DNA from: a virus
Lineage: Duplodnaviria; Caudoviricetes
Strand: one strand, 5' to 3'
DNA: 64,000 nucleotides
IMG/VR virus record: IMGVR_UViG_3300043579_000163
Coordinates: 1-64,000 of that record
In this document: positions 33,771 through 41,325 of the stretch, one piece after another
How the letters are laid out: the number at the start of each line of letters is the position of its first letter
How positions within the stretch are numbered: the first letter of the stretch is position 1
Made by a program: the position numbers and the translations under genes
The notes under the pieces: model-generated
The model's database searches: none
The model's input: the letters and a program-made list of their open reading frames with translations, nothing else
Told to the model about the DNA's origin: nothing

Positions 33771-34480
33771 AAGTTTTCGCCTACCTGCGGGTCAGCACCT
33801 CAGCGCAACTCGACGGAGGGGGGTTCGAACGCCAGCTCGACACCATTAAGGTTCTCTGTGCTGCGCGTGGGTGGACTATCGCGCGCACCTTCAGGGACCA
33901 GCAGAGTGGATGCACTGAGTTCGATGACCGCTCGGGACTGCATGAAATTCTGTCCCTGGCCGGAGAGGGCAGCGCGCTTGGGATTGATACCGTCATCGTG
34001 GAGAACGCTTCTCGCGTGGCGCGTGACCTGATGGTGCAGGAGATTTTTCTGTGCGAATGCCGCAAGAGGGGCATCAAGGTTTACGCGGCGGACTGTGGCG
34101 AGGAGCTGGTCATGGACGGCGCAGACCCCTCGCGCGTGATGATTCGCCAAATTTTGGGCGCGGTGTCACAGTATGAAAAGGCCATGACTGTCCTGAAGCT
34201 CCAAGCGGGACGGCGCAAGAAGGCCCGTGAAACGGGCAGGCCTTGCGGGGGCCCCAAACAATACGGGACCACCGCAGGTGAACGCGCAATTCTCACCGAC
34301 ATTAAGATGCGCCGACGCCAGGGTAAAACCTTTCAGGAGATTGCCAACGAGATGCGTGAAATTGGGTATCCCGCGCCCCGTGGCGGATATTGGCACCGCT
34401 CCACGGTCTGGACAATACTGACTCGGGATGCGGAACGGAAAGCGGCGCAGAACCGATTTGACCAAGACAACGACCAATGA
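33767..34480 (+). CDS. Serine recombinase (resolvase/invertase catalytic domain plus short C-terminal recombinase HTH)
   Basis: MKVFAYLRVSTSAQ (catalytic Ser), IVENASRVARD, C-terminal TFQEIANEM...GGYWHRSTVWTIL. Confidence 0.9.
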   Translation: MKVFAYLRVSTSAQLDGGGFERQLDTIKVLCAARGWTIARTFRDQQSGCTEFDDRSGLHEILSLAGEGSALGIDTVIVENASRVARDLMVQEIFLCECRKRGIKVYAADCGEELVMDGADPSRVMIRQILGAVSQYEKAMTVLKLQAGRRKKARETGRPCGGPKQYGTTAGERAILTDIKMRRRQGKTFQEIANEMREIGYPAPRGGYWHRSTVWTILTRDAERKAAQNRFDQDNDQ

Positions 34481-34698
34481 ACGAGATTTTTAGCATGGCA
34501 CCAACGCGCCTCGACGAACGCCCTCGCAAAATTATTTTGCGGAATGCGATGTATTTGCTCAAGGCCAAATACCGTCGGTATCCCGCCCGGGTTTTGGTCG
34601 CAGCCCTCACCGGGTTCGGCTGCACCAACTCAATAGAAGTTTGTCTGGAACTTGGCATTGACCCGGACCAACCCTTCAAAGAGTTCTCAAGAGAGTGA
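34477..34698 (+). CDS. Hypothetical protein
   Basis: ATGA overlap; GFGCTNSIEVCLELGIDPD. Confidence 0.6.
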   Translation: MNEIFSMAPTRLDERPRKIILRNAMYLLKAKYRRYPARVLVAALTGFGCTNSIEVCLELGIDPDQPFKEFSRE

Positions 34699-35056
34699 AA
34701 AATTGAAAAATAGGGACAAACAGCTCTGGGCCTATGTATGCACGGTGTTAGACAACACCGCGACACGTTTTGGGTTCCCGCTCCCAGACATCCGGCCCAT
34801 CAAGAAGAAGTGGGGCGGAAACTATGTGGGCTCTTGCTCGAAGCGCAATGTTCTCCGCATCGCCCTTCGCGATTGCGACGGAAAGTTGGTGGAGCCTTAT
34901 CAGCTCATAGACACGATAGCGCACGAACTTGCTCATCTTCGTTCGCAGAAGCACGGGGCACTGTGGTTCCACTGCCACATCCTGGTTTTGACGCATCTCT
35001 CGAACGTCGGGGTCTACGAGGACCTTCGACGAATTATGAAAGGCAAGACCACATGA
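34652..35056 (+). CDS. SprT/WLM-like zinc metallopeptidase (start uncertain, probably about 34703)
   Basis: DTIAHELAHLRSQKHGALW (HExxH...H). Confidence 0.7.
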   Translation: MALTRTNPSKSSQESEKLKNRDKQLWAYVCTVLDNTATRFGFPLPDIRPIKKKWGGNYVGSCSKRNVLRIALRDCDGKLVEPYQLIDTIAHELAHLRSQKHGALWFHCHILVLTHLSNVGVYEDLRRIMKGKTT

Positions 35057-35280
35057 AAAAAGACACCGCCCAACAAATCGAGCGAGAGTTCGACCGAATG
35101 TGCCGGACAAATCACCTGTTCAAGGAATACGTGGCCCTGCACCCTGACAGCTCGATGGATGAGCTATTGGCCGGCTGGGCGTGGGTTCAGAAGCTGATGG
35201 AAAAAGTTATCCAGCGCACCATTCGGGACTTGACGGGACCTCCGCCACCGCCTAAGTTGAGTCTGCAAAGAGACAGATAA
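35053..35280 (+). CDS. Hypothetical protein
   Basis: Start MKKDTAQQ overlaps the upstream stop. Confidence 0.55.
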   Translation: MKKDTAQQIEREFDRMCRTNHLFKEYVALHPDSSMDELLAGWAWVQKLMEKVIQRTIRDLTGPPPPPKLSLQRDR

Positions 35281-35285
35281 ACCCT

Positions 35286-35561
35286 ATGAACACAAGAATC
35301 CTAACTGCCCCCAATGGCTCGCTGATGCGCGCCGCGCACATCGTCTCGGTATCCCCGCTGTTTGAATCGGACGTGCTTGGCACAGATGCCTTCGCAGTTT
35401 ATACCGTGGGCAGCGAGGAGCCCTTTGTGTTCTGCGCCCCCGACCAGGGCGGGGGGCCAAAGAGTGCTGAACGGCGAAAGAGAGAAACCGCCGAGCTGCA
35501 CCAGCAGTTCATTAATCAATGGATTGTGTCCCTGGACAACACAACATATCTAAAAAACTAA
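35286..35561 (+). CDS. Hypothetical protein
   Basis: Tightly packed ORF. Confidence 0.55.
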   Translation: MNTRILTAPNGSLMRAAHIVSVSPLFESDVLGTDAFAVYTVGSEEPFVFCAPDQGGGPKSAERRKRETAELHQQFINQWIVSLDNTTYLKN

Positions 35562-35571
35562 GCAAGGTCCC

Positions 35572-35766
35572 ATGAACCCTGAATCTCTGAAACCTCTCCC
35601 CCTTGGTCTGCCCTCGGCTTTTGTACGGGCCGAACCTGGAAAGCCAACACCCACTCTCGTGCTCGCGGAAATCCTTCGAATAGCCGCGGAACCAAGGTGC
35701 ATAAACCCGACGGAGAAACTTATTTTTGATGGCCAAGGTCGAGTGGCGAACCGAAGGCGTTACTGA
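35572..35766 (+). CDS. Hypothetical protein
   Basis: Tightly packed ORF. Confidence 0.45.
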   Translation: MNPESLKPLPLGLPSAFVRAEPGKPTPTLVLAEILRIAAEPRCINPTEKLIFDGQGRVANRRRY

Positions 35767-35878
35767 TATGTTCTCTCTTGCAACAATCCAGCGTCTAAAT
35801 AACACCGTCGAATTGCGAAAAGCGAAACGTCGGGCGCGCGCACTGAATGCGAAGAATAAAAAGAGCCCAGTCCTTAAG

Positions 35879-35908
35879 TTGACAAGGGGCCCTTGAGCGA
35901 GATATGTT
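35879..35908 (+). promoter_or_regulatory. Sigma70-like promoter for the RNA cluster
   Basis: TTGACA-18-TATGTT, no ATG-led gene follows. Confidence 0.6.
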
Positions 35909-35921
35909 CAGGTGTTAGAAA

Positions 35922-35934
35922 TGTTCTTTGAAAA
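35922..35934 (+). promoter_or_regulatory. boxA-like antitermination element
   Basis: TGTTCTTTGAAAA, matching the rRNA-operon boxA consensus of many bacteria, about 15 nt after the -10 box. Confidence 0.6.
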
Positions 35935-36003
35935 AGGTTGTTCCTTTGTGGCCAACCCGCTGTGTAACAACTCAGCCGCCAGGGCCGCGATAGGGTCCAC
36001 CAA

Positions 36004-36126
36004 TTTCTCCGAGTGTCTTACCGAATGGTGGGAATCTGCCGCAGAGCTATGCGGGCCCACCATAGAGGGAATGGAAGCACACCGCCTCAAAAGGCGTTAG
36101 TCCGGGTTCGAGTCCCGGGGAGAGGA
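36004..36126 (+). ncRNA. Expanded tRNA-like RNA (123 nt), degenerate CAA anticodon arm
   Basis: TTTCTCC pairs GGAGAGG-A (7/7 with 2 G-U); perfect T-arm CCGGG-TTCGAGT-CCCGG; 52-nt hairpin insert after the 5' acceptor strand. Confidence 0.55.
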
Positions 36127-36127
36127 A

Positions 36128-36736
36128 CAGACCCGAGCAGGTCATATAAAAGGCTCGATGTCGAGACGGGGTTTCGCGAAGTTGCAGTTCTCCTGCACCC
36201 GAAAGGACGCATGGCCCCGCACCAGCTCGACTATTGTGCGAGGGACTAGGATGGTCCCCGCCACATTTTTTGTGACCTGACGCAACAACTCTTCCTGGAC
36301 CCAGGTTGAAAAGAATAGAGGAAAGGTTAAATGCCCTACGGACGGTCTCCAATTTTGACGCGACTCCGAACAACAGGCCGCAGGACCCCCAGGGAGGCCA
36401 CGGCAAGCGGGGAGGAACACGGGGGCGCGCCAGCCGGCGAATGGCTCAAAGTCCGAGAGGGCTACCGGGAGCCCGCCAATCTGAACTACGGTTCAGAGCC
36501 CAGTCGAACTGGCGTAACCAACCCCCGCTTACTTTTGATGGGCTCGTCGTCTAAGAAAGGACACCGGCTAAATATCCATCACTGGACTCGAAGCTGCGCC
36601 TTAAACAGACCGCTTCGACCAAACCAACTTCTCCGGGGAGAGCGGGGTTTCGGCCCTGAAGTAACGGCGTCTTAAGCGCACGTGGAATAACGCCCCGGAA
36701 ATTTTGCGGTAGAGGCCACAGAAAAGCCAAACCGCT
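36128..36736 (+). ncRNA. Hairpin-dense putative structured RNA(s), several modules separated by T-runs
   Basis: Stems GTCGAG/CTCGAC, AAGCGGGG/CCCCGCTT, TCCGGGG/CCCCGGA; tetraloops TACG, TTCG, GAGA, GAAA; no convincing ORF. Confidence 0.6.
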
Positions 36737-36738
36737 GC

Positions 36739-36811
36739 GCCGCCGTGATGCCTGGGGCCAACTGGAACTCCAAATCCCGGTGGGAGGGTTCAATCCCCTC
36801 CGGTGGTGCCA
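36739..36811 (+). tRNA. trnW: tRNA-Trp(CCA) with shortened D-arm and encoded CCA end
   Basis: GCCGCCG/CGGTGGT acceptor, G73, CCA; anticodon loop CTCCAAA; perfect T-arm GAGGG-TTCAATC-CCCTC; 73 nt. Confidence 0.75.
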
Positions 36812-36818
36812 TTTTTAT

Positions 36819-36941
36819 GTTCCCTGGGCCGGGGGAAAATGCCCGGTTCGATAGCAGGGTGCTCGCGGTGAGATATCTAGCCGCGGGAACTGGAAGGGTA
36901 AAGACCAGCGACCCGAAGCCGTTCAAATCGGCGGGGGAACA
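36819..36941 (+). ncRNA. Expanded tRNA-like RNA (123 nt) with three-way-junction insert
   Basis: GTTCCCT pairs GGGGAAC-A (7/7); GCCG-TTCAAAT-CGGC T-arm; GCCGGG/CCCGGT hairpin; GGGT/ACCC stem enclosing two hairpins. Confidence 0.55.
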
Positions 36942-36950
36942 GCCCTTTTC

Positions 36951-37505
36951 ATGGACAACGAGTTCAGTAAGGCCCTGGTGCCAACCGAATGCATCTCTTA
37001 CCCTCGGTCGGGCCATCATGCGCTGGTGGACCTACTGCGTGCCTACTTTGGCGAGGGATTCGTTTACGGCGAGATTTACCGGGAGCCAACCGCAGTTCTG
37101 GGCAGCCTCTTTCCCCCGGTGAACTACCAGAAAAATCACGACTTCGACCTGCTGACCCCCGTGGACGCCGCGCGCAACTATCTCGTGCAGGTCCGCAACC
37201 CGCTCGAGTCCATCGAGAGCTGGGAGACCTTTGACCGGCGCGTGGGCCACACCCCAGACACCGCCGAGGCCCGGCTCGATTTCTGGAACGCCTTCGTGAA
37301 GAAGTGGGTCTTCGGGGAGGTCCCGAACCGACTGGTGGTCTGGTATGAGGACCTTGTGGGCGCCCCCGTGGAGACCTGCACCGCGGTGATTCAGTTCTTG
37401 ACCCGCACCCAGAACGTCGACATGGACCTTCTCGCGAGGTCCCTGGCCCTCCGTCCCCTGGCTCGCCGCCGCCCGCACGTTCCCCGCCGCTACCTGAAGG
37501 CCTGA
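36951..37505 (+). CDS. PAPS-dependent sulfotransferase
   Basis: SYPRSGHH (5'-PSB loop), VRNPLESIES (3'-PB), VWYEDLV. Confidence 0.8.
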   Translation: MDNEFSKALVPTECISYPRSGHHALVDLLRAYFGEGFVYGEIYREPTAVLGSLFPPVNYQKNHDFDLLTPVDAARNYLVQVRNPLESIESWETFDRRVGHTPDTAEARLDFWNAFVKKWVFGEVPNRLVVWYEDLVGAPVETCTAVIQFLTRTQNVDMDLLARSLALRPLARRRPHVPRRYLKA

Positions 37506-37515
37506 TTTTCCCAGG

Positions 37516-37545
37516 TTGACATTCGCCGACCCGTGGGACTTCTTG
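37516..37545 (+). promoter_or_regulatory. Class II promoter candidate
   Basis: TTGACA-16-ACTTCTTG-8-ATG. Confidence 0.5.
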
Positions 37546-37553
37546 AGGCAGTT

Positions 37554-37742
37554 ATGCCAAAAGAACAGACCGCGTTTGACCCCCGCTCCTTCCAGGACGA
37601 GGAAAAATACCGTGCCAAGGAGATGGGCGCTGGCGCATCCAGCAACCCTTCCGGCCCCGACCCATCCACCAAGGCCCCTGGCAAGTTCAACGTGGATTAC
37701 GACACTGCGAAGCAGGGCTTCGTGACTAATACCAAGGTTTAA
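37554..37742 (+). CDS. Small hypothetical protein (start MPKEQ)
   Basis: Follows the promoter. Confidence 0.55.
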   Translation: MPKEQTAFDPRSFQDEEKYRAKEMGAGASSNPSGPDPSTKAPGKFNVDYDTAKQGFVTNTKV

Positions 37743-37751
37743 GCCCGTCCC

Positions 37752-38723
37752 ATGAGCCGTGCAATCGTGGTCTGCGGGGCGTCTGGTTTTGTTGGGCGCG
37801 CCTTCATTGAGTTCCTCGTCAAGCGGGGGCACAAGAACATTCGCGCTATTGCCCGGACTGTGGAAAGCGGGTTGAATCACGAACGCTGCCCGAAGCGGCC
37901 CGAGGTTAATTGGCAGGCGGGCGACTTGCGAGACCCAGCGGTTGCGCTCGAGGTTTGCAGGGACGCCGAAATGGTATTCAACCTCGCGGCCCAGGTCGGC
38001 GGCATCGGCTATATCGGAAAGCACGACGTTGACTGCCTGCTATCCTCCCTCATCAACACGAATCTCCTGCGCGCGTGCGAGGTGAACAAGGTGGGCCGAT
38101 ACTTTTTTGCGTCGTCTTCTTGCGTCTATCCCGACGGGGGAGCCATGCGCGAGAGCAACGCTCTCCCGGCTAATCCAGGGACCGGATATGGCTGGGAGAA
38201 AATTTTCAGTGAGCAGATGTGCCTCGCCTTCGACAAGGAGCGGCGCGTCCCATGCAGTATCGCACGGTTCCACACGCTCTACGGTCCCGGAGACATAAGG
38301 CCGGGCGGACGCGAGCACGTCATCGAGGCTCTCTGCAAAAAAGTCATCGCTGCCAAGCTGAGCGGCATTCACGAGATTTCTATTTGGGGGACGGGGGAGC
38401 AAACCCGAAGCTTCCTTTACGTCGACGACTGCGTGGAAGGGATGTATAAACTGGCCTGCTCGGGCGTCACAGGCCCCGTCAATCTGAGCAGCTCCGAGTC
38501 CGCCTCCGTGAATCAACTGGTGGACATTTTGGAGGACATCTCCTGCGTGAAGCTAGAACGGTTTTATAATAAGTCCGCCCCCTCAGGTGTCATCCATAAG
38601 ATGACCGAAAACACGGCGCTTCGCGCCGCTTTAGCCTGGGAGCCGATGACTCCTCTGCGGACGGGTCTAGAGAGAACCTACAACGACATTTGGTCTCGTG
38701 CCGTATGCAAGCCCAGCAACTGA
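37752..38723 (+). CDS. NAD-dependent epimerase, GDP-mannose 3',5'-epimerase-like
   Basis: GASGFVG, NLAAQVGGIGYI, ASSSCVYP, YGWEK (YxxxK), RFHTLYGP, IWGTGEQTRSFLYVDDC. Confidence 0.88.
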   Translation: MSRAIVVCGASGFVGRAFIEFLVKRGHKNIRAIARTVESGLNHERCPKRPEVNWQAGDLRDPAVALEVCRDAEMVFNLAAQVGGIGYIGKHDVDCLLSSLINTNLLRACEVNKVGRYFFASSSCVYPDGGAMRESNALPANPGTGYGWEKIFSEQMCLAFDKERRVPCSIARFHTLYGPGDIRPGGREHVIEALCKKVIAAKLSGIHEISIWGTGEQTRSFLYVDDCVEGMYKLACSGVTGPVNLSSSESASVNQLVDILEDISCVKLERFYNKSAPSGVIHKMTENTALRAALAWEPMTPLRTGLERTYNDIWSRAVCKPSN

Positions 38724-39433
38724 ACCCCCACACGTTGGTGAGTTGCCACGGGTATTATGGAGATTCCGCGCAGATTCGTCAGATGCTTCGTTATCAAGAA
38801 CACCACCAATGTCCTTTGATAATTGTGTCTCCTGTGGACTCCAAGATTGAGCGAGTGGGGCCACACATTTGTCGCTTCGCCGGGAAGAAACAATATATCG
38901 GCCAGCTCTCGCTGGACCGACAGTTCGCCCAGCTCCGGGTGCTGCTGGAGTATCCGTTCGAGTTTTTCCTCGCCAACGATTCCGACTCGCTCTGCATCGC
39001 ACCGAAGATTCCCGAGTATCTCTACCAGGACTCACACAATTTCTGGTCCAACGAGGTGAGCGACTTGATGCATCAGCGCAAGCCCGGCTACAAGTGGCCA
39101 CGCCTCGCGTTTCAGCCTCCATACTTTTTCTCCCGGTCCATCCTTGAGCGATTGGTGAAAACTGAGGGCACCTTCGAGACTGACATGCAGACTCCATTCA
39201 TTGATTGGCTGATGATGGCAGTCTGCATGGCTGGCGACATCCCGCACAAAAACTACCGCGACGGAATTAGCTGCCCGACCTCGGACAATCACAGCCGTCG
39301 GCACATGTGCAACCATATCATCCAGCGCGGAGCGGTGATGCTGCACTCTGTAAAGACCGCGACTGCTTTGCAGGATATAGTTTCCGCCCGGCACCAGTTC
39401 AACCGCGTCCGCGGGAACGGGATTAAGCTGTGA
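38705..39433 (+). CDS. Putative GT-A glycosyltransferase-like protein
   Basis: FFLANDSDSL (DxD after a beta strand); lies between the epimerase and terminase. Confidence 0.5.
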   Translation: MQAQQLNPHTLVSCHGYYGDSAQIRQMLRYQEHHQCPLIIVSPVDSKIERVGPHICRFAGKKQYIGQLSLDRQFAQLRVLLEYPFEFFLANDSDSLCIAPKIPEYLYQDSHNFWSNEVSDLMHQRKPGYKWPRLAFQPPYFFSRSILERLVKTEGTFETDMQTPFIDWLMMAVCMAGDIPHKNYRDGISCPTSDNHSRRHMCNHIIQRGAVMLHSVKTATALQDIVSARHQFNRVRGNGIKL

Positions 39434-39434
39434 C

Positions 39435-41324
39435 ATGGGCTCCATCGCCGCGGAAACCAAACTCCTGATTGACCAAGTGGCTGAACTCCTTCACAAGGAG
39501 CAGCCCATCGAGGCCGCGCGCCTGCTTATCAAGAACGCGGGCCGCACCGACAAGGTTGACACCAAGACGGAGGCCTACGCCGCCCTCACGCCTCTTCTCC
39601 ACTACTGTCTGAACAACGGGGGCATGGTCGAGGCCGCGCAGTTGCTGTGGAGCCCCACGCTTTTCACGCCCAAGCCGGAATCCACCCAGCGCGTGTGGAG
39701 GTCCTTCGACACCGATGACTTCATACTGCTAATGGGGGCTGCCTCCATGTCGAAGTCGTATTCGATGGGCGTTCGCCTAATGCTCGAGTGGATTCGCGAC
39801 CCGCAGTTCACTACGGTCCAGGTCATTGGCCCCTCTGAGAATCACCTTGAAGACAACCTTTTCTCACACCTCGTTGAACTCCACCGAAGCTCCACCATCC
39901 CGCTGCCCGGGGTGGTCGGGAAACTTTTCATCGGCGTTGACCCCAGAAAGCGCCGCGGCGCAATACGGGGAGTTGTGGTTCCACTGGGAAAGAAGTCCGC
40001 AGGACGAATCCAAGGAACAAAGCGATTCAACCGCACCAAACCTCACCCCATTTTCGGAACTCTTAGCCGGATGTTCGTGTTCCTTGATGAAATGGTGAAC
40101 ATCCCCAAGGGGATTTGGAAGGACATCGACAACGTGCTGGCCAACGCCCAGGGTGACCACGGGCTGAAGGTCATAGGCGCGTTCAACCCGACCGACCCGC
40201 AGGACGAGGTGGGCCGACGGTGCGAGCCGAAGGGCGGATGGGCGGGCTTCGACGCGGACCGCGACTTCGACTGGACATCAACCCGAAATTGGCGTGTGGT
40301 TCGACTCGATGCGAAATACTCCGAGAACGTCCAGGAGGGAAGAAAGGTTTTTGAGGGGCTGCAAACTAAGGAGGGGTTCAAACTTATTATCAGCAACTCG
40401 GGTGGCTCGGACTCCCCCGGATACTGGACAATGGCGCGTGGCTGCTTCCCTCCGACGGGAGTAACGATGGCGATTATCCCCGGAGGGATGCTCAACAAGT
40501 TCAAGGCCGAATTCATCTGGCTCGAGACCCCGGAGGAAGCTGCCGGAATTGACATGGCGCTTCAGGGAAAGGACTGCGCCTATTTTGCCAAGGGCAAGTT
40601 CGGCGTGGCCTCGGGGATAAAGCTCCCACCCACGCTCGAGGCTCCCAACGGCATCACTGTCTTCTTCAAGAATCGTTCGGGGAACAACACACCGCGGTGG
40701 GCCCTCCAGCTCGAGGCGATTTTCAAGTTGCCGAAGGGCGATACGCAGCAGATGGCGGAGACGGTGGTGAAACTCTGTAAGCAGCTTTTCGTAAAGCCCG
40801 GTTGGGTCTGCATGGACCGCACGGGGAATGGGCAGGGCGTCTTCGATATCGTGAAATACATCTGGTCCTCCGAGGTCCAGGGAGTGAACTATTCCGAGAA
40901 GGCCTCCGACCGAAAAATCATGGTCGAGGACACGAAGACCCCCGAGGAACTTTACGACCGAGTGCAGACGGAGCTGTGGTTCCTGATGCGGAAGATGATT
41001 GAGTTTGATTACGCGAAGGCGCTTCCGTCGATGGACCTGACGGAACTCATTCCGCAGCTTTCCACGCGCTGGTTTCGTGCGACAGGAAAAATCTCCAAGG
41101 TGGAGACTAAGGAAGACTACCGGCTGCGGAATCAAGCGCTGTCCCCCGACGAGGCAGACGCGGTGTCGTTGCTTTTCCTGGGGGCGAGGAACGCAGCGCA
41201 GGTCACCTTCGGGATGACGCCAGAGAACACTTCAGCAGACGGCTACGACGAGGACGACACGTCCGACAGTTATCGCGTGGACATCACAAACAGATTCGAG
41301 TCCCTCCCGGACGACAATTACTGA
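39435..41324 (+). CDS. terL: Terminase large subunit
   Basis: LMGAASMSKS (Walker A variant), VFLDEM (Walker B), GAFNP, nuclease AGIDMA, MDRTGNG, SPDEADA. Confidence 0.88.
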   Translation: MGSIAAETKLLIDQVAELLHKEQPIEAARLLIKNAGRTDKVDTKTEAYAALTPLLHYCLNNGGMVEAAQLLWSPTLFTPKPESTQRVWRSFDTDDFILLMGAASMSKSYSMGVRLMLEWIRDPQFTTVQVIGPSENHLEDNLFSHLVELHRSSTIPLPGVVGKLFIGVDPRKRRGAIRGVVVPLGKKSAGRIQGTKRFNRTKPHPIFGTLSRMFVFLDEMVNIPKGIWKDIDNVLANAQGDHGLKVIGAFNPTDPQDEVGRRCEPKGGWAGFDADRDFDWTSTRNWRVVRLDAKYSENVQEGRKVFEGLQTKEGFKLIISNSGGSDSPGYWTMARGCFPPTGVTMAIIPGGMLNKFKAEFIWLETPEEAAGIDMALQGKDCAYFAKGKFGVASGIKLPPTLEAPNGITVFFKNRSGNNTPRWALQLEAIFKLPKGDTQQMAETVVKLCKQLFVKPGWVCMDRTGNGQGVFDIVKYIWSSEVQGVNYSEKASDRKIMVEDTKTPEELYDRVQTELWFLMRKMIEFDYAKALPSMDLTELIPQLSTRWFRATGKISKVETKEDYRLRNQALSPDEADAVSLLFLGARNAAQVTFGMTPENTSADGYDEDDTSDSYRVDITNRFESLPDDNY

Positions 41325-41325
41325 T

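Noticed and set aside
33767-34480. IS607-family transposon
   Set aside because: No N-terminal MerR-type HTH and no TnpB neighbour
36395-36450. HDV-like/theta ribozyme suggested by GGCGAATGG (36436-36444) near tRNAs
   Set aside because: No pyrimidine-rich L3 or P1/P1.1 pairing could be found upstream; the segment folds as a simple AGCC/GGCT hairpin. A descriptor search would settle it
36537-36600. Additional tRNA starting GGGCTCGTCGTCTAAGAAAGGAC
   Set aside because: Resembles a tRNA 5' half with a D-arm, but no anticodon stem, T-arm or matching acceptor strand follows; kept only as part of the structured cluster
36655-36700. Twister ribozyme suggested by TAAC and GTCTTAAGC
   Set aside because: Spacing too short for P2 and no GAGGG-like pseudoknot partner
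36739-36811. Stop-codon reassignment or suppressor tRNA
   Set aside because: Anticodon CCA reads TGG, and core genes are intact under the standard code with TAA, TAG and TGA all used as stops
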